From Schmidtea polychroa (Eukaryota): 64,000 nt of DNA. Every line of letters starts with the position of its first letter. Within the stretch, counting starts at the first letter, position 1. The DNA lies in NCBI GenBank assembly GCA_044892525.1, contig CM097885.1, positions 235,974,001-236,038,000 of the forward strand, given 5' to 3'. The notes under the pieces were generated by a model. It was not told the origin of the DNA. It searched no databases and was given only the letters and a program-made list of their open reading frames with translations. Position numbers and translations under genes: made by a program. Shown piece after piece: positions 35,057-48,055 of the stretch.

Positions 35057-38000
35057 TATCAACCAAATACTATACAACACATAAAAATTAACTAAACACA
35101 TAAAAATAACTAGACACATAACAAAACATAGAAACATTAACTAAACACATAAAAAATGAACTAGACACATAACAAACATAAAAATTTACCAAACAAATAA
35201 CAAATGTAAAGATATAAACTTTTATTTCATAAAATTAGTCTTCATCAGACAAAATAATGTCATCAATATCGATATCATCTTCTCCAACATAATCTCCAAC
35301 AACTTCTCCAAAATTTTCATCAAATTCTTCTCCAATAATTTCTCCAACATTTTCATCATTTTCTTCTCCAACAATTTCTCCAATATTTAATTGACTTAAT
35401 CTTAAATGCCCATTTGCAAGGCTAGTATTTTTCCCCACCCAAACCCTTTTGTCATCTTTGTTAGTTAGTGCTATTTTTGTGTTTTTAATTGTAAAAATTT
35501 GATGATTTTCGCTTGTTATTTTAGTCTGAGGAACCGAAAAAATCTGGTTAGTGTTATAACAATCCAGGTATGACTGATGTTTTATGTCACTACCATTCAA
35601 TGTTACACCTTTAGCCTTTTTTGTTTCCTCATCACCCAACAAACTATAACATTTAGGTCTAAGAAAAACCCATTCCTTATATTTAAGACCTTTATTCTCG
35701 TCTTTGAACTTTCCAATGACAGAATCAAGGTTCTTACTATATAAGGAATGACAACTATTGTAATTGGAAGTATCTAATAAATTATCTCGAATCATTGCAG
35801 GTAAAAGAACCTCAAGTTTACAGTTAATGACTTCGAGGAAAAAAGAGTCTGTATCACCTGCAACGATATTAATTTTACAATTAAACTCATTGCGAAATGA
35901 TTCTAAATCCTTATATATAATCCTTATATATACATTCTAAGTTAAGATAGATCAAGTACAGATTGACCAATGTAATTTGGTCTATCTAAACATATAGAAT
36001 CTGAATTCAATAATGCTGCAATTAAATTATCGTCTATTTTAATAGATTTTTTAAAAGCCGGCTTTGAAGAATATGTTACTAATTTACCGGCAGTAGTACA
36101 AAGACGAAGATTCATTCTTCTCTTTAAATTGTCTACTGTTTTGCCGTATAAACTGTTATTTAACAATTTATAATAATTTTTATCTAAGTTATTTATGCTT
36201 TTTGACCTTAATTTTGTATTAGTATCTATATATTTTTTAAAAATTGAAGATTGCTTAAATCTTACACCCCTATTTACACGTGTTACTTTAACACCAAGTT
36301 CCAAATATAATTTTTATAATCTCCAATGAATCACATAATTAGATTTTGGAAGATGAGTTAATAATAATTTTTCAACCTTAGACCCAGCAGGTTTCATTTT
36401 TTCAGCAACTACAGGGAAATCATCCAACTTATCATGAAGCTCAGAAGGAATTACAAGATCAACTTCAAGAGTGTATCCATAAGACAAAGATTCAAGATTT
36501 AAATTCCTACATTCATCCATTATTAAATCAAATCCATCAAGAATCCAACTAAATTCACCACAAGGTAATGATTGACTTAAAGCCAAACCATAAAGATTAT
36601 TAATATCTATATAAAGTAACTCGGTGTTCTCATCGGTTTTTACATAATGTTTATTCACAAAAGTAAGACCGCCTCTTACTCCACCCTCATAAAAGCTAAA
36701 CATTTCGTTTTCAGTTATGAGTTCAATTGGTTCATCTAAAGACATTAATGCAGAAGACCAAGACATACCAGGAATTCCGAAATAATTCAATGGTTCCAAT
36801 CTATTGTGAGCAATAGATTTCAAACGAAACTGATGAAAGAAATCAGCCAAAAGAAAACAATCGAGTTTTAAGTAGATCATCATATAATCTAATAAAGTTA
36901 CGCAATTAGTTTCTACCCAAATCTCCTGAGCTTTTTCATACTCAAGTTCAGTGACACCTTCCAAGATCGGTGGTAATTCATAAGTAGTTTGGAGAATATC
37001 TAAAGATGTAGCGAAATTATAAGGAAAGATTCCTTTTTAAGAAACTATAGTGCCAGAAAAAACAGAATTAGTAAAAGGCAAAATATTCAAAGTTTTGACT
37101 GCTTTAGCTAAAGAATCATTAACAAATTGATAAGAATCAATGAATCTTAAGCTAATTTTTCCTAAATGCGCAATCAAAGAAATAAATTTTTCAGTCGTTA
37201 TTGGGATGCAACCTAAAGTCCAATTTTTAAATTTATTTAATCCGTATTTAAGTATATGGTGCATATCGTATCTCTTCAAGTTGTGAAATACGATAGGCAA
37301 AATTTTATTTATTTTCCTATTTATGTTACATGTGCTACAAGCTGCACCCAAGTATTTCCCCGTAAAATGATCGTGATCTTTAACAGGATCGACGATAGAT
37401 TTCATACAAAGATAACAAACAGATGCACTAACAAATTGACGTTGTTCAATTTTTGTTAATTTCATCATAGGTTTCCTACCCATTTTATAATAAAAAGGAA
37501 GAACCTTATTTAATGCTATATCTCTATAGCACTTAAAAAAACTCTCGACGCAATCTAAACCTATGAACTGTTGATAGGATTTAGATCCGTCAAAGTTATT
37601 TACAAGTAAAAGACCAGCAGATATTGGCATGTGTCGTTGGAAATGAACATTATCAGAAGGTAAAATAGCCTCAAAATCGGCATAAACTACAAAAGGAGGA
37701 GTTACTGTTTTCGACCAGTCAGTAAACTGCAATAATTTATTTTGAGGGAAGGTGTAAAGAGTTGTTCCTAATTGATTACGTTTACATAATACTTCATGTT
37801 TGTCCAGTGCGTTTCTATTTTTAAAACCATTCAAACACTGATGGCACCATAATGATTGTATGCGTGTAGGACAAGTAGTGTTGATATGACAATTCATTAA
37901 CTTATTTAAATTACTTATAGCTACGTAATGGAAATTGTTTCCTTTATTTAATAGTAGTAAATTAATTATAGTTCCATTTAAAACTTTGGAACGATGTATA

Positions 38001-41000
38001 ATATCTAAATGTGGATGTTTTAATACATAATTATCAGTTAATTATTTGCTATTATCATATGAAAAAACGTTAATTATTAAACCTGGATTTTTAGATTCAA
38101 ATTTCCTAATATCTTTTAATTTCATAGGTAATTCTAACGGATCGTATACTAAGTCAGATAAATTATAACTAGATGTCCTATTTCTAGCATATCTACTAAT
38201 CTCATCATATTTTAAAATAGCTAAAATGCCATATAAAAAACATGAATCATCAGTGTTTTTTATATTAATTAAACAATATTTATTTTTTAGATAAGTAGGT
38301 GTTTCAATGAAACTCCTACCACTTAATCTACTTAACCTACTTATTTTTGTTATGGTGAAATGTATTTCAGTAATATTTTTTATATTCCAACTGCTTCCTA
38401 ACTCGGTAATATTAGTAATTTCTCATTTAATTCCTTAATGCCTTCATCAAAAAATGATGCAGTTAAAGGCTTTGCATAATTTGAGATATTATTAACCTTT
38501 ATTTCCCCGTCTTTTTCAAATTCGATTGTTATTCCGAATTAAATTTTGACGGAGCCTAATTCGTTAATAATATCTCGTAATTTTATTATTAATTGTTCAG
38601 GAAATATTATTTCTTTTATATTTAAGTCGCTAGTATTTAAGCTTAATATTTGATGGGTACCTCTTAGATCTTTTTGTATTATTGGAACATTTCCACCTAT
38701 TTGTATTATATTTAATCCATCCCAAGAATCAAAGGAAGTGAATAATCCATCATTGAATTCAACAACCAATCCATCATCGGATTCAACAACCAATCCGACC
38801 TGGGATTCAACAAAAGACAATCCGTCCTGGGATTCAACAATCAATCCATTATTGGATTCAACCTCTAATCCGACCTGGGATTCAACAAAAGGCAATCCAG
38901 CCTGGGATTCAACAAAAGACAATCCAGCCTGGAATTCAACATGCAATCCGTCCTGGGATTCAAAAGAAGTATCTAATTTAATTTTTTTATTTGTATTATT
39001 TTTTTCTATAGTTGAGGGTCTTTTAAAAACACTATCTTTTTTAAAATTAAACCTATCTAAATGATTTTTATGTTTATTATAAAAAACGCTATATGTTACG
39101 GGGTCACTAGTCTTACATACGGGACATATAAAATAAGTTTTATTATAATATTTTTTCGTGTAATAATTCTCCATTATAGAATGGCAATTATTATCATGCT
39201 CTTTTGATGAACAATAATTTGGGTAAAGTATACCTATAAAATAAAATTTAATAAAAAAAATATAATTTAAATGAAATATTTTAATAAATGTTTACGCAAA
39301 AATTTGCAAATTATTATTATTTTACAAATTTTATTTACTAAAAAATAAAAATTTACTAAATTAAAAATATTAACATTTACTTAAATAAAAAATTATATTA
39401 AATTTCCTTTAAATTATAAAAAGTAATCAATACTTACATTGTAAATTTTCATTTCGATTTATTGACACATTGACATAATTTTTCTCTTTATTCGTATTAT
39501 CTAAATTATTAATTAATTAAATCAATAAATTAAAAATTATGTTTACTTTTTCTTTTCAAATTTCCTTTAATCTTCGATTTTAAATTGTCTTCATTAATAT
39601 TATCTAAATTAATTAATAAATAAATTAATAAATAAATTAAAATTTACCAAATTCCTGATTTTTTCTCGGACATTCATAACGTTTTCTATTAAAGAATTCA
39701 TTTTTATGAGTTAATTATTTGTTAAATGTGACTAATGATTGATTATTGTTTATAGGAACAAATTCTAACCAATCAAAATCAAGGAAGGGTAGGAAAAAAT
39801 TAATATATTACGTTGCGGTATTTTAAAATTTAAATATATTTAAAAAACACATTTTAACGCTAAAGTTGACTTATGTAACAAAGACATAATAAACTTATTA
39901 TTTACTACAAATATTTCACCTATCAAATACTTAACTAGAGATGATATATATTGATTGTTCATAAAAGCAAACTTAATCATAAATTTCTGTATATCCTACA
40001 ATAATTATCAAGTAAATTTAAAGTTAACTGGTTTCTTAGCTTATGTTTATTTTTAAAAAGTTCATCAATGTGTAAATATTCTTAGAAAATTATTGAAAAA
40101 AATTATTTAGTCAAATGCATTACAAAGTCATCTAAAATTAAACCACTTACTTAATTATTAACCTAACAGTCATTAAAAAAAATTAATTTTTATTTAAAAT
40201 TTAACAAATTATCAAGAAATTCAATTAAAATCATCATTAAAACTTTAAATTTTTTAATAAATCAACATGAAATTCTTAGAAAATATATGAAAAAAAAATA
40301 TTATTACAAAGTTATATTCTATCACGTGATTATTAACCTGACTGTCATTAAAAATAATTTTTATTTAAAATTAAAAAAAAACCAATCAATTAAAATGCAT
40401 CCAATTATCAAGAAATTAATTAAATTTATTTTAGAACTAACTTAAAATTTTTAAATATTCATTTAATCCACATGAAATTCACGAAAATGATAAAAATTCA
40501 CAAAAACCATCAACTATAAAAACATAATTACTAATGAATACCTTAAACACAAAAATTTATCTAAATAATCTTTCAAATTAATTCATTAAAATTGAAGACA
40601 ACACGCTATATTTTGTCATTACATTCAATTAAAATTAAATAAATCAAGATAAGAACTTTGATAAAAAATATTATTCTAAAATGGTAAGAATTAACACTGT
40701 AGTGTTAAATGAAAAGGTAATTATTCTTTAAATCTAATTAACTTAGTCATAATTTTCTTTAATTTAACCCTTTATTTACTTAATTTAGTCCTTGTTTACC
40801 AAATATAGACCATTGATTACTTTAATTTAAAAATGTATCCCTTAATTTACATAATTTCCATCTAAAATTATTTCAAAAATTTTTTTTTCTAAAATTGTCA
40901 TTGAAAAATATTTCATAAAAGTTTTTATTTAAAATTTTCATTGAAAAATATTTCATAAAAATTTTCATTAAAAATTATCTTAAAAATTATTCCATAAAAA

Positions 41001-41690
41001 TTTCCATCTAAAATTACTTAAAAAAATTATTTCATAAAAATTTTCATTAAAAAATTTCAATTCTCAAACACCTTCTATTATTTCAACTTTTTGTTAATAA
41101 ATTTTAAAATCTTACTTTAATTTACTTATTTAAAAATTATTACTTTAATTTACTTATTTAACTTTAATTTAAATTTTTTACCATTGATTACTTAATTTAA
41201 AAATTTGGACCTTAATTAACTTTATTTTAATTTTTTAGAACCTTAATTTACTTTAATTTTAAATTTTGAACCTTAATTAACTTTAATTCAAAATTTGGAC
41301 CTTAATTTACTTAATTAAAATTTTAGACCTAATTTGCTTATTTATCTTTAATTTACTTAAGTTTAAAAATATATACCTTAATTTACTTTAATTTAAAATT
41401 TTAGACCATAATTTACTTAATTGAAAATTTTAGACTTTATTTTAGAACTTAAAGAATTAAAGATAAATAAGCAAATTAAGGTCTAAAATTTTAATTAAGT
41501 AAATTAAGGTCTAAAATTTAGACCATAATTTCATGTAAAATTTTAGACCTTAATTTACTTAATTGAAAATTTTAGACATCAATTTACTTAATGGAAAATT
41601 TTAGACCTTAATTTACTTAATTGAAAATTTTAGACCATAATTTTCATGTAAAATTGTCATTGAAAAAATTTTCATTTCTCAGGCGCCGTT
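34094..41690 (-). mobile_element. ~7.6 kb Polinton-related element encoding only pPolB type 1
   Basis: AGTAGGTAGTTAG terminus at 34094; subterminal AT-rich repeats (34440-35020) recur inverted at ~40880-41420; the only coding content seen between is pPolB. Right end rearranged; no TSD found. Confidence 0.82.
35235..39701 (-). pseudogene. pPolB type 1, diverged disabled copy with putative 5' micro-exons
   Basis: ORF fragments closely match 6433..10014, with several stops and frameshifts. Putative exons 39701-39648, 39603-39547, 39500-39438, then 39233 onward. Confidence 0.93.
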
Positions 41691-41691
41691 T

Positions 41692-41805
41692 AGTAGGTAG
41701 TTAGGAGCCCGCAGCAAATTGTTGCATCTTTAAAATTGTTGCAACTTTTGATTACGCAATTGTTGCAACTCACATTTTTTGCTTTTTCGATTACGCAATT
41801 GAAAA
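41692..41805 (+). repeat. Short variant copy of the element terminus
   Basis: AGTAGGTAGTTAGGAGCCCGC..TGTTGCAACTTTTGATT, matching 34094 onward in direct orientation. Confidence 0.8.
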
Positions 41806-42369
41806 ATCCGTCGTTCCCTTTTATTCATAGAAGATATTGTTAGACAAAATCTGATTTCAAGTATACATAGTTGAAGTGTAACTAAAATATGTCGGAACAT
41901 AGCACACAGATACAATATCAAGTCGAGTCAAACTCAGAAACACTTCAAAAATATTAATTAAATACCACTAAATAGAATTCACTCAATACCAAAATAATAA
42001 ACATAAAAGTAAAATAAGATGAAACAAAATTAAGAAGTATTACATGAAATCAACTCAATCACAACATAGACACAACAAAAGTAAGCAAATTTGAATTAAT
42101 GGAGATAAGAGAAAGTAGGTATGGAAATTAGAAAGATTTCCATAAAATATGATCAGAAAAATGAATTGGGGATAATAATTATAATTGAAATGAACAGAAA
42201 ACTAGAATATTCTATTCAAATGGCGAAATCAATCATGACCCCCAAGTATCTAGTGGAAATTAACTAAAAGATAAAAATTTAAGAATTAAATTAGCAAAAA
42301 ACTAACCTGGGAAAACCTGAGTTAAAATAAATACAAATTATTTAATAAAATCATTAAAACGACATCCAT

Positions 42370-42930
42370 GCAGATCCGAGCTCAGTTTAGTCCGTAACTT
42401 ATGCCTCTTTATTTCTTCATTTCTAAATAACACTTGACATATTTGAAGCACTATTGGTAACTATACATAAAATATGCTCTTCTTTAATTTTAAAATTTTT
42501 TAGAATTTCTTCCAATATATTTTTAGGTATTAACTTGGGTGATGAGTTTAAGTATCTTATACTGATAAGATCTGAGTTATGGTTTTTTAATGAACCGAAC
42601 GTTAATTGTAATGTAGTTTTCTATGTACCAAGTGCATCCATCTATTTTAATAAAAACAAAGCTACATTCTAAATTTTTTATAAATCGACCTCTGTTTTTC
42701 AGCCTCATCTCTTACCATTTTTCTAATGCTATCACTTTTTGAAGAAATTTTAAGTTTGCTAGTTATTTTACCATTAAATTCTAATAATGCTGGAGCTGAA
42801 GAAAAGGATATTGGTACACTGTTTTGAACGACCATTTGTAATTAAGGCATTTTTGAAGCTTTCTGCTGTCATTATCAGTAATTTGATCGCTAGTGTAGAA
42901 TTTAGATAATGCCGGTTGTGCTAGATTTAT
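42370..42930 (-). pseudogene. Old hAT transposase fragment
   Basis: Minus strand reads FVFIKIDGCT..NYITINVRF and KEEHILCIVTNSASNM (cf. VTDNASNM). Confidence 0.6.
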
Positions 42931-44938
42931 TTTCTTATTTATTTCATATTTCTAAATCATGTCTTTATTAATAATTGTAATGTACAGTCATACATTTTAT
43001 TTATTTTTAAACAAGGTTTCGCGACACCTTGTTATTTCATTGAGGGTAAGTCGTAATGGCAAAGGAATAAAATATACTATATAGCGATAATTTACTATGG
43101 TGAATTATTGCTATATAAAAATTGACAATACGAAAACAAATCAATAACTCCATGAAAATATACAACTGAAAGAAACCAAAAAATAACAATAGAAACAGCT
43201 TTAAAATAAAATCTACCAGACTAAAAACGAATAAAAGACGAAGATCCTAATAAATAGCAGAAATAAAAGAAAGCAAAAGATATCCGAAAACAAAATATTC
43301 TTCGAATTTGCCTATATCCGAAACTAAAGAAAACCAAAATACCATTCGGATTAATTTATACCCGAAACCAAAATATCGTTCGGGTCAATTTATATTCAGA
43401 TCTAAAATAAACTAAAATACCCTGAGAAACAAATTATACTCGAGACTAAAAGAAACCTAACTATCCTGAGAAGAGAATTATATTCGAAACGAAGTTCATA
43501 TAAGTGCGTATTATTTTATTTATTTCATTAATAAAAGTTATTGTTTGTATCTGTTATTGTTAATTCATTACTGTATTTTTATACATTCCTACATACATTC
43601 ACCCCAGCTGTCCCGAGACAGTTTATTTACTGGAGACTCGGCTGGGCTCTTCAAATCCCTATTACACACGCAATCACTCATCAACTACACAAATAAAAAA
43701 AACAAATATAGATCAACGAATACAATAACAATAATTTTTTATAAATATCCTTACTGTTAGTAGAAGCACTAACTAAAAATAGTTATATAAATAATTCTAA
43801 AAAAGATAATTCAGTTGCTTTAGAAATTCTCAGTTGTGGTCTGCATGAATGCTTTATTTTATAACGTTGAAAATTTCATTCAAATTTAATTTTTTTTGTG
43901 TTTGGAACCAAGCTATTTTGATCAACTCAGGCTCCACAGCGCTGGAAACAAGGTTCAAAGTTAAAGGTATTTAATAAAGAAAGGGATGTGAGAATTTTTG
44001 AACATAATTATTAACAATCATTAAAATTAAATAATCAAACTAAATAATAAAGTAGATTAAAAGATTTTATACAAATAGATATTATTCGTGAAGATCAAAG
44101 CTTTTTAATAAATTAAAATAATTATTTTAAAGATATTTTAAATTAATGTTGTTATTTTAAAATGTATTTTTATAATTAAAAATTAGATTAAATGGATATA
44201 AATTGCTGGTTGATAATTTGTTTATCACTGCATACGATATATTATCATGATTATAATAAATATTTTGAATCAATAAAAAGAATTGATTGTGATTCGAAAG
44301 TTCAAAAAATTAAAACAAGGAATTTATTCTGGATTTTTGATTTGACTTGTGAAATTATTTCTGCTATTCTTGTATTTGTTCAAAATGAATGCATTCCTTA
44401 AAATTTGAACTGTATTCATTTAAATATCCTTCCATTTTAAAATGATTCACTGTCCCAATTTGAATATTAAAATATCTGTCAAACCCAAATTAATCACATA
44501 TACTTTGTTTTCGTTGAACTTTAAGACATTCATGGAGTGAGTGGATTATTTCCTAATTTTTTCAAAAACTTCTATACCAGTGCTGATTTTTTAGACAGAC
44601 TAAAAATCTATATAAATATTTCCTAATATGAATTCAACATAGACTTATATTAAGTTTAACAAATCAATGTAAAGTAAAAAATGGGCAAATTCCAATTTCG
44701 TTCTTCGTATGTTCAAGATTCATTAAGTCGACTTGAAGAAGGAAGAGAGGTATAAAGTAATTTATTATTTAAAATAAATTAACAAAATTTATTAATAAAA
44801 ATATATCATTTACTAGTAAAACAATAAATTTTAATTATCACTATTAATTTAATTGCAAAAATAATACAATTAAAATTAAATTAAAATTCTAACTAAATAG
44901 AAAATATTTTAAGTAACTGAAATTATTTTTTACTTTAT

Positions 44939-45289
44939 TTAATCCTCAATTTTTAGTCTCTTTTTTAAAAGGACAAGAACTTCATGACAAGTATCGAAAT
45001 GAGGCTGGGTTTGAATTTTTACTGAATTATACCAATTAAAAACATTGGGGAAATTGTTTTCTGTCGTAGCATGCCAGTTTGTTAATTTAAAACACAAATA
45101 ATCGCATTGGCTTATTTCACAAGCTGCGAGAACATCGGCAATAGTTAATGAAGGTGAACCTCCAATAAAAGAGTTTGGTTTTACTAGGAAATGATTATTC
45201 ATCGCATCTAGGCTTTCTTCCATTGCATCCAAATAAAAGTTCTTCTTATCAGCATCCGGCATTTGACCTGTTATTATGGGACCAAGTAT
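44939..45289 (-). CDS. Last coding exon of a glutathione S-transferase (theta-like C-terminal domain)
   Basis: Acceptor TTGACCTTCAG|ATA; translation ILGPIITGQ..FIGGSPSLTIADVLAACEISQ..FPNVFNWY; stop at 44939-44941. Upstream exons not identified. Confidence 0.8.
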   Translation of the reverse strand: MLGPIITGQMPDADKKNFYLDAMEESLDAMNNHFLVKPNSFIGGSPSLTIADVLAACEISQCDYLCFKLTNWHATTENNFPNVFNWYNSVKIQTQPHFDTCHEVLVLLKKRLKIED

Positions 45290-45469
45290 CTGAAGGTCAA
45301 GTAAAACATTAATGTTGTTTTTTTGCAGTTTTTTTGATGATCAGTTCAAAATTGTAAGTTTTCAAGGAATTTTATAAATTAATAGAATTACTAGTATAAG
45401 TATTCCAAAAAATAAACTTCACACACTAAGATACTTTTAAAATATCTTTTAAAATAATTCTACTTGGTT

Positions 45470-45788
45470 TCTAATATATAAAGATGAAAGTTTGTTTGTT
45501 TGTTACCCATAGAATTCCCCACAGTTGGACCTAGGGTGCTGAAATTTTGCACGGGACCATCATTTGATCCGGGACAGGTCATAGGCTATGTTTCAGCCCC
45601 AGGTGACCACACATAGGGTACCCTAACACTACTTTATCATAAGTGATATATAAATTACATGTACTTTTTATTAATTATATTTTAATGTATTTTTTAAATC
45701 ATTTCTTCAAATGAATGAATTGAAATAAATTTTTTTTTGAATCCGTTTACTATTTTTTAAATCGTGCAACGCCGGGTACCCCAGCTAG
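45470..45788 (+). mobile_element. Short non-autonomous Helitron-like element
   Basis: 5' TCTAATATATAAA, then (GTTT)n; GC-rich subterminal CGTGCAACGCCGGGTACC; 3' CTAG followed by T. Confidence 0.7.
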
Positions 45789-46374
45789 TATTCTATAAGG
45801 ATATAAATAAATTATCCTTTTATTAATTTTATTCGAAAAGTCCACCTTTACTTTCAATAACTATTTATGTACGACATTGAAATCTTCTATATACTCGAAT
45901 AAACTAGTTCATATTGAACATTACTATGAATAGCGGCTTTCAAAGAACCTTTGGTGTTGTTGGATGACAGGGGCAGACTAGTCAAATATTTCCAGCTCGA
46001 TGAGAATTATTGAATAGGCCCTAGCAAGTATATGGTCAACATTTATGCTGAACAAAATAAATAAACCAATTTCTCAGCTTATCATTCAGTCCAATACAAA
46101 CCCAACCCAATTTTAATCTACTTAGAAAGCAATCCAATACAACCCCAAGTTAATCAAACCCAGTAAACATTTAATTATTCATGTATATATTGGATGATTT
46201 ATCCATTTGACTATTTATCATTTTATTGTGTACATAATTTTTTACTGTAAAAAATTGCTTTTATTTAATTATGGTTTGTCTGTAACAGAAAATTTTTAAA
46301 AAATAAAGGGAAAAATATAATCGGACAATTAAATAAATATGTATAAAGTGATGATTTCTTGGTAGCAGCATTTA

Positions 46375-46563
46375 TTATTTAAAACAATAAAGTGATAATT
46401 TAAGCCTTTTGCTGCGAATAATGTATTTAATGAAATAATTTTCGACTATAAGAAAGTCCTTGTCAATATCCTTGTCAAGGACTATCTTATAGTCGAAAAT
46501 ATTTTCATTAAATACATTATTCACAGCAAAAGGCTTAAATTATCACTTTATTGTTTTAAATAA
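46375..46563. repeat. Foldback hairpin / MITE-like palindrome
   Basis: ~88-bp near-perfect inverted arms with a ~13-nt loop. Confidence 0.92.
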
Positions 46564-47469
46564 ATATGTATTATAATAATTTAAAAAATAAATTAAAAAT
46601 TTATTCAAATGTTATTCAACATAGCTAAACAAATAATTAAATATTCCATATCATATTATATTGCTATTTTATGTTATAGTCAAAAAATCAGTATAAATAC
46701 TAAGTGAGAGCTGAGTTTCTTTGGCATAAATTTTGAAGAGGTAGACCTCAGAGAGAAAATAAAACTGCAGAACAAAGCTAAACACATTTATATTTGTTGC
46801 CGTAAGTATTACATAACTCGATCCAACATAAGAACAATCACACAACAAGCACCATTGTTTTTATCATCGAATTGAAAGCAGCTGTAAATTTTAGAAATTA
46901 TTTTGGTAAATTTCATAATTGAATATATCTTATTTATAAGTCTTTTCGTAGTTATTTTATATAAGAACCAGTTAGGTTGAAACTCTCAAATATCGAGGCC
47001 TCAACACTGTTATAGGGTTATTTATTGACCTTTATCTCAATAACGCATCAAACTTAGTAGTAGCCGGATGTATAATTGATATCCTTGTAGGGGCAATTTT
47101 TGATTCGAGTTCGGTTAATAGTAATTTTAAATATTCCGTCTTCGGACTTCCACATAAACGTCACTTCGTAAGGTCCTAGACAATACCTTGCCGCTAATCA
47201 ACATCTTGTGATAGATTTTCAACATGCACGACAAAATATCAGCTTCAATACATGTTTTACTTTCTAAATGTTGACAGAAAACAGTTTTAACCTTTTTGAT
47301 GCTACATCCGTAAATATAGGTAAGAAAATAATCCAATGTTCTACTTCCCTATATGTACATTTTACAGCTAACCTAACGTCGCACACAAATAGCATTCCCT
47401 ATTCCATTAATTTTATTAACCGATATTTAAATTACCAACTTTATACATATACATTACTCACATCTACCA

Positions 47470-48055
47470 TGAAGCAAATAAAAGAGTTGGTGAGTCCTGG
47501 AGAGAAGACTAAGCCCAATATCAAGAAAGACCTATACCTGATAAAGACAATGATTTGCGTATGGTGGGACTGGGAAGGTCTAATCCACTGTGAAATGCTT
47601 AGAAAGAACATGACAGTTGAAAAGAATCTCTATAAAGCCTAATTGCATTGAGTCAATGAGGCAATTCAACAAAAAAGACAGGATCGACAAGGCCAGGTGA
47701 TCCTCCTCCATAACAATGCTCGACCACACACCGCAAAAAACTGCGAAGATGGCACTTAAAGAGCTCGGTTGGGAGGTCCTTCAACATCCTCCCTATTCTG
47801 CAGACCTCGCCCAGACGGATCAACATCTCTTCTGCTGCTTTTCAAAAAATCAGGATTATCTTGAGAATTGGCTCAACAACTTCTTCAAGACTCGACCTAA
47901 GGATTTCTGACACAATGGAATCAAAAAACTGGTGTAATGATTGGAAGAAGTAGTGAACAATGAAGGAGAGTAGATTATTTTGGTTGTTAAAATTCTTTGA
48001 TTTCTTTGAAAATAAATGTTTAAAAAACGACGGGAACTTATGCAACAACCAAATA
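47470..48055 (+). mobile_element. Degenerate mariner transposon, 3' half
   Basis: MICVWWDWEG, LLHNNARPH, WEVLQHPPYSADLA; ends in TIR-like GGAACTTATGCAACAACCAAATA. Confidence 0.85.

Noticed and set aside
41855..41950. GIY-YIG-like trace (VYIV..YVGT..R)
   Set aside because: Too short and contains stops; could be chance.
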